Shown here: piece by piece, positions 1 to 12,080 of the stretch
Position numbering within the stretch: the stretch's first letter is position 1
Layout of the letters: each line of letters starts with the position of its first letter
Assembly (NCBI GenBank): GCA_951406725.2
Contig: OX597817.1
Location: 171,740,001 to 171,804,000 of the forward strand
Reading direction: 5' to 3'
Origin: Octopus vulgaris
Lineage: Eukaryota
DNA length: 64,000 nucleotides
Made by a program: the position numbers and the translations under genes
The notes under the pieces: model-generated
Seen by the model: only the letters and a program-made list of their open reading frames with translations
Told to the model about the DNA's origin: nothing
The model's database searches: none

Positions 1-581
1 TAAAAACAATCTGACTATCTATCAGTAGTGAGGAATGCAAGGAGTAACAGAACCATGATATATTCAGCAGCATTCAGCCTGATGGTTGGCAATGTGGCAT
101 ACATTTCAAGCAATCTGCACTCACTAAGAATCCTCAACTCTGATTGGTTAATAAACCATAAAGTACAAGAATGCAACTGTCTCGAGTATTAGCTGTGATG
201 CTGACTAACCGACTAAATTATTTACAATAAAAAAGTACGTGACTGCATATGTCTTGAGTAAATATCAAGTAGAGATCTTGGTGTTCTTAGAGGCCTGGTG
301 TTTGGATCCAGCCTAGTCTCAGGGATCCCAGGAGATGAGATAGAAATTCTCCACTTGGCAGAATGTTAGTCTATAACAGATAACATTCCGAGATGGGCTG
401 GCAACTATTCATACTGACAACAGTTATGCAAACTGAAACTTGCAGAGCTGAACGTGCCAAAAATACAAAAGGAAAAAAAAAGGGGAAAAAGAAAAACAAA
501 GCTCTAATAAACATTGAAATCCTGCTGTGAACTTGAACTCAAAATCTCTGAGTTGGTAGTCCAATGGTGTATCCACTGTGC

Positions 582-861
582 CAGTGGTTCCTAAACTTCA
601 TCAGGCTGCTGCCTCTTTGGCACTCGAGCCACAGTCATAACACCCCCTCCCACTCACCATTACAAATATCGACCCCTTTCTGAAGTGAACTCAAAACAGA
701 CTAAACTTAACCTGATTTACCCATTATTTTGTTGTTTTTTACAGCCATTGTCCCCTTTTGGCCACCCCATTATTGCCCCACTTTTCATCAATATGCTCTT
801 GGACCTTTCCAACGTCCCCAGGGAGGTGAGAGGACAGTACCACCCACTTTGGGAACCACTG
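582..861. mobile_element. Non-autonomous hAT-type DNA transposon (MITE)
   Basis: TIRs CAGTGGTTCCTAAA / TTTGGGAACCACTG; 8-bp TSD CACTGTGC (574-581) vs CACTATGC (862-869), 7/8 match. An 8-bp TSD with CAGTGG ends is typical of hAT/Charlie elements. Confidence 0.8.
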
Positions 862-884
862 CACTATGCTGTTTTGCTTATAAA

Positions 885-1335
885 GTTGTTAGTTTTGTTT
901 AGCTCCAGGTCAGCCCTGATCAAAGACACACCAGCCATGACCATCCAATCTTTTATTTAGACACAATGTATTTTAAACTAGGTCATCCAATGTGTCCTTT
1001 TGTTTTCAAAAAATCAAAAGGATGTGAAGTGGCACAGATTTAGCTGCTATTTCTATCAAGTCAAGTAACCAAGTAGACATTCTTTCATTGACTTTGTCTG
1101 CTTTAGCAGTTGTTGCTGTTGTTGTTTCAATCCTGATTGAGCAAATCTAACATCAAAAGCTTTGAAGCCATCACAGTCTAGTATTTTATTTCATTTATTT
1201 ATTTATTTATTTTTGCAATCAGCATCCATCAAGAATCACACAATCTAAAGTTCTTTGTCTTTTAAGAGAAATTTAAAGAGACAGTTTCTATTTCTAGCAA
1301 GTTGAACAACTTCATAGAGGCCTCCTTATTTGAAG
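885..1335 (-). mobile_element. Two tandem degenerate copies of an old retroposon 3' tail
   Basis: Both halves share TTGTTGTTT..CCTGAT..CCAGCCATGAC..ATTTCTAGCAAGT. Related fragments at about 21640-21765, 34660-34720 and 45800-45860. Confidence 0.5.
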
Positions 1336-1583
1336 TGGTTGACTGCTTATCCATTGTTCTGAGTCATCTAAGACAGTATTTCAAATGGACATTTGTGTAT
1401 ACATTTCTATTCAGACACTAACAACTCTGATGATTATTGTGAAGATTAAACTATTTCTCTCTCTATATATCTCTCTATATATATTTATATACTGTGTGGA
1501 AAGCAATCACTTCAATCTCTGACAAAATGTTTAATATTTTGTTAAAATTTCTGTGTCTTTCTTACTTTATTTATTTATATATA

Positions 1584-1968
1584 CTAGCAGTATTGCCTGG
1601 CGTTGCTTGGGTTTGTTTCGACCCTTTAGAATTGGAATTTTTGAAAAGTAAAAATTGTGCATTATGCAGCTTGTTATTTTCATTAAGTGCACATTTTACT
1701 GCTTGAAATACACCAAAAAATGGCGACACAGCAGTAAAAAAATCGTAAAAAATAGGAATTTTCATAGAAAAAAAGCACCTTTTTTATGTAAATAATTTTT
1801 GGTGTTAACATGGTTCCGATTTGAATTTTATCTTCTACGGAATGAAGAGCAAGCCTTCTTCTATCATACTTTCAATTTTGGTCAACATGCACAGCAGGGT
1901 CTCGGAGGAGATAGTGTTAGTTGAAGGCTACCAAACCTGCCACACACAGACAACTTCAGCTTTATATA
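1584..1968 (-). mobile_element. Non-autonomous Helitron
   Basis: Minus-strand 3' end CTAG|T at 1584 with a GC-rich subterminal hairpin remnant (GCCTGGCGTTGCTTGGG); 5' end TATATAAAGCTGAAGTTGTCTGTGTG. Ends are homologous to the element at 37630-38070. Confidence 0.75.
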
Positions 1969-2582
1969 TATATATATTTATATACTGTGTGGAAAGCACT
2001 CACTTCAATCTCTGATAAAATGTTTAATATTTTGTTACATTTTTTTCTCTCTGTCTTTCTTCCTTTCTTTATTTATTTATCTATTTATTTATCTATTTAT
2101 TTATTTATTTATTCAAGAAGCAATCCATGTAAAGGCATAAAAATATGTAAAATATAGACATATGGAAACATTATTTCCATACGAATATAAACATGATTTA
2201 AATTACAATTTCATGGAATAGCAAATAAGCTATTTAAAAGAATAAACTAAATTTTCGCTATTAAGAGTAAATAGTCACTTGAAATGTTGATGTTATCATC
2301 CAGTCCCACCCTGCACCACCTTCAATAGAATTTAAACAAAATGACATTTGTTTTGGGGTGGGGGTGGGGGTGAGGTAGGAGCAAGAATTAATTGAAATGG
2401 AAAAGAAGGCTGTTAAGAGGTCAATGGGTCAACCGTTTCTTGTTTTGCATTGGTAATGGAAATTCTGCAGGTTTATGTCAACAGCAGATTTCAATGTTGT
2501 TCTAAAATGGTCTGCTATAGTCTAAAGGTACCGGAGGAGATTTATTGTAATAAAAGAGCAACCTGTCAGACACATGAGGAAC

Positions 2583-2676
2583 GGTGATGATGGTGATGAT
2601 GATATGACGATGATGTGATGAAGATGTTGATGATAATGATGATGACAATGATGATAATGATGATATGATAATGATG

Positions 2677-2709
<33 letters not shown>

Positions 2710-2748
2710 GTGATGATAGTGATGATGATGACAACAACGACGATGATT
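2583..2748. repeat. Degenerate (GAT)n microsatellite
   Basis: Read directly from sequence. Confidence 0.9.
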
Positions 2749-2929
2749 GACTTTGAGTGCTAGGGTGTTGCACTTGTGATTGCAAGATCACAGTTTAGAT
2801 CCCTGGACCAGTCAGTGCATTGTGCTTTTGTCACCCAGATGTGTGTTGTTGCAAATTGCCTTTATGCTGGTAATTTCATTGCTGTAGATTCTCCATGAAT
2901 CACATCACAGTAAATATATTGTTTCCACC

Positions 2930-3292
2930 ACAAGGCCCAGTCCTTGCCACAGTACAGTGGCTTGTGTGCCTCTACTTTGAGAACAATGCCAGCAGATTGC
3001 AAGCTCCTTGTAGGGTCTCCCAAGATAGACAGGTTCAAGGATAGAGGCCAGACTAATAAGGACCACCTCTTCCCAGAAGTGAAAACGGGTTTGTGTAGGG
3101 CCAGCACCTCTACTTAGAAAAAGGTTAAGTTACAGAAGAATCAATAAGAATTCAGAACCAACAAGACTTGGGAGTGGAGGGCCTTCCCACACAGAAGCAT
3201 GAAATTGGAAGGACAGTTATTTTGAGAATAGTGGGAAAAAGTCGTTGATGGCCGGACACTCCACAGGGAATGAAGTGAATCAAGTAAATAAA
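2930..3292 (+). mobile_element. RTE-derived non-autonomous element (5'UTR joined to a short 3' end)
   Basis: CCTTGCC..GGCTTGTGTGCCTC..GTAGGGTCTCCCAAGATAGACAGGT..GAGGCCAGACTAA resembles RTE/Expander/BovB 5'UTRs. The end GTTGATGGCC..CTCCACAGGGAATGAAG..CAAGTAA resembles RTE 3' ends. Confidence 0.55.
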
Positions 3293-4139
3293 TACATTGC
3301 TTGTAATTTCATCAGAAAGTGATTCCATTGTGAGCCAAGTTATCATCAGTAAATTTATCCTCGTACCGAATACATACTCAATATATTCCTTGACATGCTT
3401 TTTATCGACAGTATAAATACATCAGTAAACATTATTTCAAATTTTTATTCACAGGGTAAATGTGTCACGTTTCATTAGCAATGAAGAAAAAAAAAAAAAG
3501 TACTTCAAAAACAAAAGAAAACAAAAAGTTACAGAATTTTCTCAAAATCTGCATGAAAAAAGTCTCATTTCAAAGTTACTTTTCGAAATAAAATCACAAA
3601 AGAATTCAGTAAAAAAAATTTCACAATTTTAAATTGAAGAAGAAAAGAAATATTTTAAAAGAAAGTAAAAAAGGAGCAATGCCTCTTAAATAATCCAGTA
3701 TTTCACCATCCATTTTGATATTCTTTGATGATGCAGTAAATTCTCAATGCACCACATTTATATTTCTTTTCGTGATCTTCAATTTCTACAGCAGCAATAT
3801 AGTGTTTGATTATTTCTCCATTTTACTTGATTTTTTTTTTTTTTTCAAGATTTTCAAAATTTACCAGATTGTACAATGGAACTTTCGTCTTTGAATTTTA
3901 TACAATTAATGAAATGCAACATATTTATTCTGTGAGTAAAAACTTTAGATTATTTTTCAGGATGTATTTACTCCACTGAAAAAATTGCATGACCATAAAG
4001 TTGTCAATGATATATTTGACACAATGATAAATTTACACATAGAATAAAGGCTCACAATATAATTACCTTACAATGAAGCTATAAGCAATATATTTACTGC
4101 TATGTAATTACTAGTGATAAATTTAGTTACTGAGGTATG

Positions 4140-4415
4140 TCATGAGCCCTAGAACCCATAAGAGCAGAGCTCAACCCAGTTTCGGTAGCACTTAAGTGAT
4201 TGAGGTTATAACATTCCTCTCTGAGGAATGGTCTGTTTCAAGGTTAATATCCCAGCTATGGCTGGAACTCATTTACAGCTAAGCAGACTCAATGGAGCAA
4301 CATGAAATAAAGTGACTTGCTCAAGAACATAATACAATGCCTGGTCTCAGAATCAAAATTATGATCTTACAATAATGAGTACAACACCCTAATTACTAGG
4401 TTACATGTTTTTCAC
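4140..4415 (-). mobile_element. SINE family C (tRNA head + CORE-like domain), degenerate
   Basis: GGAGCAACATGAAATAAAGTGACTTGCTCAAGAACA matches the other family C copies. Confidence 0.7.
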
Positions 4416-4592
4416 ACAGTAATAAATTTACTACAATGAATTTACAGTGAACCAGCTAAAAAGGGCCAGCTTGATACCAATGTCACTAGCAGTAATTGTT
4501 ATGTTTCTCCTATCTAAGTATTGCACCACTATACTGTAGACAAGCATGTTATGCATATGTCAACCCTGCCTGACTTTTCTCCTCACCCATAA

Positions 4593-4692
4593 TCATCATC
4601 ATCATCGTTCAACGTCTGCTTTCCATGCTAGCATGGGTTGGACGGTTTGACTGAGGGCTGGCGAATCAGATGGCTGCACCAGGCTCCAGTCT
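4593..4692 (-). mobile_element. RTE LINE 3'UTR fragment (family E)
   Basis: CATCATCGTTCAACGTCTGCTTTCCATGCTAGCATGGGTTGGACGG, homologous to 28505-28835 and 42851-43095. Confidence 0.75.
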
Positions 4693-4823
4693 TGAAATAT
4701 TACTCCTGTTAAGGAAGAATACATCATGCTACACACTGGCCAAAGTTCTTTCAAACTTTTCTTTTGAAGGAATATGGAAAAACCCTCTGATTTCTGAAAT
4801 TTGGAGAAATGTCACTTACCCCT

Positions 4824-4932
4824 TGACTCTTTCTTATGACTCTTTCTTATGACTCTTTCTACAAGCCAGGAGACACCCTCCTTCCAGACATACTCCTTCG
4901 AGACACCCTCCTTCGAGACAAACCCCTTCCAC
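4824..4932. repeat. Two adjacent short tandem repeats (13-bp TGACTCTTTCTTA x3; about 15-bp GACACCCTCCTTC(C/G)A x4)
   Basis: Read directly from sequence. Confidence 0.85.
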
Positions 4933-5234
4933 TCTTTTTCTTTTCACTGAAGCTGACTCTTATTAAACACATCTCTATGGCTCATGATTCAAGCAAAAAC
5001 TCAGTTGCTGTTTTAGTGATTTTGCTGTTTTACCTTTTTATCTGCATCTCAGATTGTAGCTGTTTTTTTATTATATATTCATTTAATTGTAATATTTTCT
5101 AATTTTCTGCCGTGAGCTCATTAACATACACATGTGCAGCTCTATTCATGTGGCAAGTTTTCTGCAGCTGGATGCCCTTCTTGCTGCCATGCCATTAAGC
5201 AAAATGCTGAGTGGCATTTCTTCAGGCACTTTAC

Positions 5235-5630
5235 ATTTAATTCACATCCTACTGAGATCAACTTTGTCTTTCATTCTTCCAAGGGTGATAAAATAGAGTA
5301 CCAGCCAAAAACTGGTGAGAGAGAGGGGGGGGTCAGTGTAATCAACTTGCCCTCTTGTCTCAAAATTACTGGCTTGAGCCAAAATTTGAAAGCACTATTA
5401 TTACCCAAGGGTGGTGGCTCGGCAGAATTGTTTGAGCATCAGAAAAATAGCTTTGCAGTATCTGTTCTGGCTCTCTTTATGTTCTGAGTTCATATCTTGG
5501 TAAGGTTAAATTTGCCTTTCGTCTCTTTGGAGTCAATAAAATAAAGTAACAGACAAGTACTAGAATCAATGGTAGCAGCTAACTCCCCCCCCCCCTTATC
5601 ATTGTTGACTAAATCAGAAACAAATATTAT
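5235..5630 (+). mobile_element. Two tandem degenerate SINE family D copies
   Basis: Two matches to the motif GAGGTCAACTTTGCCTTTCATCC..GATAAAATAAGTACCAG. Confidence 0.65.
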
Positions 5631-6334
5631 TGAATAGATCTGGATTTTAGTAAGCTTAGCACTGCTCTTCTCATAAATAAAGAACACGGCAACCATATTT
5701 ACTTGTTTATGTTATTGTTGCTGTTGTTTGATATAGTTTTGTTTTATTTAATTTTATCGTTTTTGTTTTGGTGGTTCTTTATTTTCGTTTTTGCTCTCTC
5801 TCTTTTGTTATCGAAATTGCTGTTGCTGATGATGCAAAGATATCAGCATAGGATCTCCCAGCATGAAAGATTGAAATAATGTTTGAGTGAGATTTATGTG
5901 ATATTCTTATTGTTAACTTTGAAGTGTTCAGGTTAAAGAAGGAGAAAAAAAAAAAAAGAGAAAAACAATGAGAAAAGGAAAATAAAATAAAAAAAAAACG
6001 AAACAAATTTATGTACAACAAGGACAGAGAATTATGTAATTTTAATGATATGCATGGAATTTCTTGCAAGTTTGAGGAAATAAAGTAAAGGTGTAAATAA
6101 CACATGAAATAGGATGAACATGTTCCTTTCCAAATGCTTAAGCTGAACCATCGCTGATTAACCTTTCATGGCAATCACATGTTCTTGGCTAAGACAGATT
6201 AGGTTTTCCTTTTTCAGAGTTAGGAACATATTTCAGCCCTCAAACTTGCTCTTAATTTTATACAGTGAATCAACATATAGAGTTCGTTATTGCTCATATA
6301 TTAGGAATGAATGTATTCACAATGTTCTTCCTGT

Positions 6335-6612
6335 GGAGGCGCAATGGCCCAGTGGTTAGGGCAGTGGACTCGCGGTCGGAGGATCGTGGTTTTGATTCCC
6401 AGACCGGGCGTTGTGTGTGTTTATTGAGTGAAAACACCTAAAGCTCCACGAGGCTCCGGCAGGGGGTGGTGGCAACCCCTGTTGTACTCTTTTGCCCCAA
6501 CTTTCTCTCACTCTTTCTTCCTGTTTCTTGAGTAATGCTGCGATGGACTGGCGTCCCATCCAGCTGCGGGGGGGGGGACACATACGCCATAGAAACCGGG
6601 TAACGGGGCCCA
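6335..6612 (+). mobile_element. SINE family B (tRNA-derived head) with V-domain-like tail
   Basis: A box TGGCCCAGTGG, B-box-like GGTTTTGATTCCC; body shared with 27399-27787; tail GCGATGGACTGGCGTCCCATCCAG. Confidence 0.85.
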
Positions 6613-7149
6613 TAAATAAAATGCTCTTCTTCTACATTCTTGATGTGATTAAAAGGTGATTCTGGGCTGCAATTTCTACAAAATTTAACAACCATGTAGA
6701 AGTTCTCTTGTTAGGGATTAACAGATTTCTGAGATATTAGGATACTAAAAGCAGGCTGAGAAATCAGTGAGTCACATTTTATTGAGAGTTTTGAGTGGTG
6801 TCCAAGATGCCCAGCTCTCAAATGGCTCAGTTTATTAAGCTGTAAATAGCTGCCAATCTCAGCCAAGATTATACCCAATAGTCTTAAAAAAGCAGAAAGA
6901 TATTTTGATGATGTTATCCAAGACAGAACTAATGAATGAAGTTATGGATTCTTATGGCTGGGAGGTAAAAACTGATCAGTAAGTACAGCCTAGAAATATA
7001 TACATGCACACACACACACACACACACAGACGCACACACACACACACACATTACATTACATATATGCACACACACTTACACATATATAAACACACACACA
7101 CACACATACAAATAGGAAAGAGAGAGAGAAAGAGAAAGAGGGAGAAAAC

Positions 7150-7262
7150 TAGATAGATAGACAGACAGACAGACAGATAGACAGACAGACAGATAGGTTG
7201 GCAGGCAGAGAGAAATGTAGGTAGGCAGATAGACAGATAGATAGATAGATGAATAGACAGAC

Positions 7263-7341
<79 letters not shown>

Positions 7342-7410
7342 AATAGATAGCTAGCTAGCTAGATAGAGAGAGAGAGAGAGTGAGAGAGTGAGAGAGTGAG
7401 AGATAGGTAG
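7150..7410. repeat. (GATA)n/(GACA)n/(GA)n compound microsatellite
   Basis: Read directly from sequence. Confidence 0.95.
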
Positions 7411-8135
7411 ATGGATAGATGAACAATCAGACAGGTGTATAATTAAACATTTGTTTTAGGTGACATTCAGGCCAAAAGCTTTAATGGAAGATAAATAAAT
7501 AAAGATGGAATAAATTCCTCCAAAGAATATATAGATTTGAAGGATATTTCTATTGTTTGCTCAATTGTTAGAGTAGAAAGAAAAGAATAAATATCTTCAA
7601 CTTTGTCTGTAGTCTGATATTTGGTAACTCAGTGCTTGTCTTCTTAGACCAAGCAACAAGCAATAGACAAGCATACAAAAGAGAAAGGTGGAGAGGGGGA
7701 GAATTAGAAGGTGGGGGTGGAGATTTTGTATAGAGAATGTAAGACAGCTTTAAATGTGGAGAGCAATACTGGAAGTGGAAGATCTTTTATTTTATTTTAT
7801 TTCATTTATATTTCTTTGAATTCTAAAGATCAAAAGCATTTTGATATAAATCAGATCTCTTAAAGCTTGCAGGTGTACTTTGTAACACTGTGCTTGAATT
7901 CTTCGAAATTAAGCAAAAAATTCCATAGCATTGCTTATTACTCTGCTTTAATGCCAAGTTTATTTGTGTCTGGAACTTATGATTAGAGTCATTTTTATAC
8001 CCCTTATTTGTTTTTTTTTCTTTTAAAAAGGCTCGGACACTTAATTATTCCTTGTTCAAATTTCAGATCATGAAACTAATGAAGTATTTGCTGATGCTGT
8101 TGTTGTTGTTGTTGAAAATCAGATTAGCACAGATA

Positions 8136-8500
8136 GGGATAAACCTTTAATTCTTTCTACTATAGATACAAGAACTGAAATTTTGAGAGAGGGGGAAGAC
8201 TCAATTACATCGACCCTAGTGTTCAACTGGTATCTATTGGGTTGTCCGGAAAGGTCGATAAATACTTGCCATTACATTTTTATCAACCAAATATGAACCT
8301 TTGTGTTGCACAATGTGTCTCAATCTTTCCTTTAACTTGAAAATACCCTCTTCCCAGAATTGAGGTGCCTGGGAGGGTAAGTCGAAAGGTAAACTACTAT
8401 AAAATCGGCATGAACTTTCCAGACAACCCAATATTTTACTGACTCCAAAAAGGTGAAAGGCAAAGTTGACCTTCACAGCAAAAACAAATGCCCCTAGGCA
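8136..8500 (-). mobile_element. SINE family D interrupted by a mariner element
   Basis: Removing 8237-8433 restores the family D consensus ACTGGTA..TATTTTA.TGAC.CC.AAAGG.TGAAAGGCAAAGTTGACC. Confidence 0.75.
8237..8431 (-). mobile_element. Internally deleted mariner transposon
   Basis: TIRs TTGGGTTGTCCGGAAAG / CTTTCCAGACAACCCAA (1 mismatch) and TA TSDs at 8235-36 and 8432-33. Minus strand encodes a mariner-like transposase C-terminus, FWEEGIFKLKERLRHIVQHKGSY. Confidence 0.9.
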
Positions 8501-8639
8501 TTTTGTTCGGTTTCCTAATGATTCTGCTAGTTTGCCATATTTTAGAGGTAAACCTATTTTGGAAATCATTTTAGTATGGACAAATCTTATTTTTCTTTTC
8601 TTTTTCTGAGGCTGTGAACGTCCTTTTACCACATGCTAA

Positions 8640-8684
<45 letters not shown>

Positions 8685-9414
8685 GATCATAAGAAGCACG
8701 TGATTTGTGGACACATATGTAGTGAGGCATTAAAATATTTATAAATCCCATCCATGGATTATTATTATCCAGCTTCCATGAAAATATATCCAATCACCAA
8801 GGGGAAAACTTTACCTTGCTTGGAAGCAACAGGCAAGGATTAGAGACAGGAAGGGCATCCAACTGCAGAGAAACCTGCTTTAAAGAATTCCATTCCACGG
8901 GAAACATGGTAGTTTGGTTAAGTGGACATTAAAACAACAGCAATGATGATGACAATGATGATGATGGCAACGATGACGACAGACAGTGATGACGATGCTG
9001 ACAATGGTGATGGTGATGAAACACCATATAAAGAGGCTGCCTTTTTGCGATATTCTCTTCCTTTAGCTTCCCAGTCAATCTATGCCAGTCTTAAATCTGT
9101 GACCTGTACCACACACACACACACACACACACACTTCACTTTTACTCGTTGATGTCTTCATTAAACATCTGACTAACCTTATTGACTTTAAAGCAGATAT
9201 AATGTTCTGTGGGTGATTCACATCATAAGAAATTCAGATGGTTGTTTTTTTTTTTGTTTGTTTTTGGTTCTATCTTTTTGTAGGAGCATATATTTATAGC
9301 AAGAAAATGTGAAGAATTTACTGCGATGAGCAAAATATATGTTGAAGTATCACTGTTATTATATTAATGTGTTACGTGTAGTAAGTGTGCTTGTTTGGCA
9401 GTAGCGCTGCTTTG

Positions 9415-9643
9415 ACTCTTTACTCTTTTACTCTTTTACTTGTTTCAGTCATTTGACTGCGGCCATGCTGGAGCACCGCCTTTAGTTGAGCAACTCGACC
9501 CCGGGACTTATTCTTTTGTAAGCCCAGTACTTATTCTATCGGTCTCTTTTGCCGAACCGCTAAGTAACGGGGACATAAACACACCAGCATCAGTTGTCAA
9601 GCAATGCTAGGGGACAAACACAGACACATAAACACACACACGC

Positions 9644-9674
<31 letters not shown>

Positions 9675-9845
9675 CATATATACGACGGGCTTCTTTCAGT
9701 TTCCGTCTACCAAATCCACTCACAAGGCTTTGGTCGGCCCGAGGCTATAGTAGAAGACACTTGCCCAAGGTGCCACGCAGTGGGACTGAACCCGGAACCA
9801 TGTGGTTGGTAGACAAGCTACTTACCACACAGCCACTCCTGTGCC
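9415..9845 (-). mobile_element. SINE family A, full length (tRNA head, CORE-like domain, internal TA/TG microsatellite, GAGTAAAA tail)
   Basis: A box TGGCTGTGTGG, B box GGTTCAGTCCC, CORE-like ACCTTGGGCAAGT; near-identical to the copies at 11635, 31419 and 44585. Confidence 0.92.
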
Positions 9846-10294
9846 TTACTGTTAAGACTTATATGATGCATTTGAAAGGGTGTTCAACTTCAAGTTAATA
9901 CCAGAAGAATGGAATGAGGGGGCAACGATGACATTACAGGGCTCTGGAAACATACTCCAGTTGAACTTCAAACAAACTGCAAAGGGTCAGGATAGGTTAG
10001 AGACTGCCTACAAAGAGCGGGGGTTAAAATATGAATGGGCCACCACTACTACTACCACTACTCCCACCATTTCCATCGTCATCCTCCTCCTTCTCATCAT
10101 AATCATCAACAAACATCCATTTTCCAAATTGGCTGCAGTCGGAAAGTTCACCAATATCTGAGAGGCTGGAAGACTGTGGTAGACTCCACAATCTACTTCG
10201 GAATGGTTTCTACAGCCAGATGTACTTCCTAACACCAACTACTTTACTAAATGTGCTAAATGCTTTATTTTTTTTTTTATGTTGTTGTCATATG

Positions 10295-10818
10295 AGCACT
10301 AGAAAGGGTATGGCCTGGTCAGCCTGTAGTGACATGCATAAGATCTGGTCATCAAATCTAAGTAGAGACTTCAAACTTGAAATATTCAAAGCCACAGTCG
10401 AACCAATTCTACTATATGGCTCAGAAACCTGGACGTTATCAAAGAAGCTTGAGAGGCGGTTGGATGGAACCTACACTCGCCTCCTTATGAGAGCTCAAAA
10501 TCTCTCGTGGAAGCGCCATCCAACCAAAATGCAAATATATGGGAAACTACCACCTGTGTCATCTCTTGTCAAAGGTAGGAGAGTCCAGTTTGCTGGACAT
10601 TGTTGTAGAGCTGAAAAAGAAGTAATTTCTACTCTTCTCCTCTGGAATCCATCTACTCGCAATACCAGAGAGTGCATACTCTCCTACCCTGATGTAATCT
10701 CCAGGGATACAGGCATCCAGCAACAGGACCTCCGTAATGCCATGATGGACCGTGAAGTCTGGCGTAGCATGGTAAATTCCATTGTCTCGACTACGGTCGA
10801 ACAATGATGATGATGATG
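10295..10818 (+). mobile_element. RTE-clade LINE, 5'-truncated ORF2 C-terminus with (TGA)n tail
   Basis: ORF 10220-10807 contains VEPILLYGSETWTL...QFAGHC...DREVWRSMV, characteristic of the post-RT region of RTE elements. Second copy at 51868-52367. Confidence 0.9.
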
Positions 10819-10988
10819 TGATTGCTTTGCAAATAAGATTAAAGGCCTAAAAGGGCACCTATTACCAAAGGAAACTAGAAGAGAAAGGTATATACATTAC
10901 TTACATTCGACAGATATTTGTCCTCATCTTGTTTGTTATCTTGGGGAAATTTTGAACCTGGGTTCTCATTCCCAAGGTATTTTTTGAT

Positions 10989-10992
10989 GTTG

Positions 10993-11050
<58 letters not shown>

Positions 11051-11062
11051 CATTATTATTGT
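10989..11062. repeat. (TTA)n microsatellite
   Basis: Read directly from sequence. Confidence 0.95.
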
Positions 11063-11159
11063 TCGGAATCTCGAGTTTGGTAGCCCGCACTCTTAACCAC
11101 AATGCCATAAGCCCGTGGGCAATTATGGAGTGAATTTTAGGGCTTATAAATCTTATATT

Positions 11160-11389
11160 TTTCTATCCTTCCTTAATATCGGTTTCTATATGCTGCTTGT
11201 ATCTGCATTCGGTCTGCTTAGGAGGTTATTGTGTCCTAGCATGTGTGCTGCTTTTTATAGTTTCCGTATTTTCCAGTGGTGTTCTCAGTCTATTATTTTA
11301 ACGTCATCCCACAGGGAAAGGTGGTCTCCATTTTTCCTTACCTGATCAGCTATACCTGATTTATCAATATCTCCTCATGTCGCAGCTTT
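11160..11389 (-). pseudogene. Penelope-like element GIY-YIG endonuclease C-terminal relic
   Basis: Manual translation gives KAAT*GDIDKSGIADQVRKNGDHLSLWDDVKIID*EHHWKIRKL*KAAHMLGHNNLLSRPNADTSSI*KPIL, matching the PLE pattern S.IA.H...H...WD.VKIID.E..W..RK.KEA.H. Four in-frame stops. Confidence 0.8.
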
Positions 11390-11634
11390 ATATATAGTGA
11401 GAGTGTACAATGATTCTAGGTGGGGCAATGACAAAGAGTAAAGATTGATGAGAGGAACAGATTTTTCCAGCATTCAGTTCTCACCTCAGCACTTTCTTTA
11501 TTGAGCAACTGCAATGCTCAGTTCCTCAATTACTCTTTGATCAACAAATTCAAACTTAGTCTTGGAATTAGCAACCTTTTGACCAAGATCAACACTCAAA
11601 CTTCGAATCACTTCCTCTTTGATTTACTTCAATA

Positions 11635-11796
11635 GGCGCAGAAGTGGCTGTGTGGTAAGTAGCTTGCTTACCAACCACATGGTTCCGGGTTCAGTGCCAC
11701 TGCGTGGCATCTTGGGCAAGTGTCTTCTGCTATAGCCTCGGGCTGACCAAAGCCTTGTGAGTGGATTTGGTAGACGGAAACTAAAAGAATCCCATC

Positions 11797-11872
<76 letters not shown>

Positions 11873-12080
11873 ATGTTTGTGTGTCTGTGTTTGTCCCCCT
11901 AGCATTGCTTGACAACCGGTCCTGGTGTTTTTATGTCCCCGTAACTTAGTGGTTCAGAAAAAGACTGATAGAATAAGTACTAGGCTTACAAAGAATAAGT
12001 CCTGGGGTTGATTTGCTCGACTAAAAGGCGGTGCTCCAGCATGGCCGCAGTTAAATGACTGAAACAAGTAAATGAGTAAA
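11635..12080 (+). mobile_element. SINE family A, full length
   Basis: Same head, body and tail as 9415-9845, with a longer internal (TA)n(TG)n. Confidence 0.92.

Noticed and set aside
6335-6410. Apparent tRNA genes at SINE heads (also 27720-27785, 48200-48270)
   Set aside because: A and B boxes are present, but I found no complete cloverleaf, and each continues into a multi-copy SINE body.
8234-8632. 132-aa ORF as a functional transposase
   Set aside because: Chimeric read-through of flank, SINE and a short mariner C-terminal remnant; no DDD catalytic domain.
10220-10807. 195-aa ORF as a host gene
   Set aside because: It is a 5'-truncated RTE ORF2 tail with a fortuitous upstream start, and a near-identical second copy lies at 51868.
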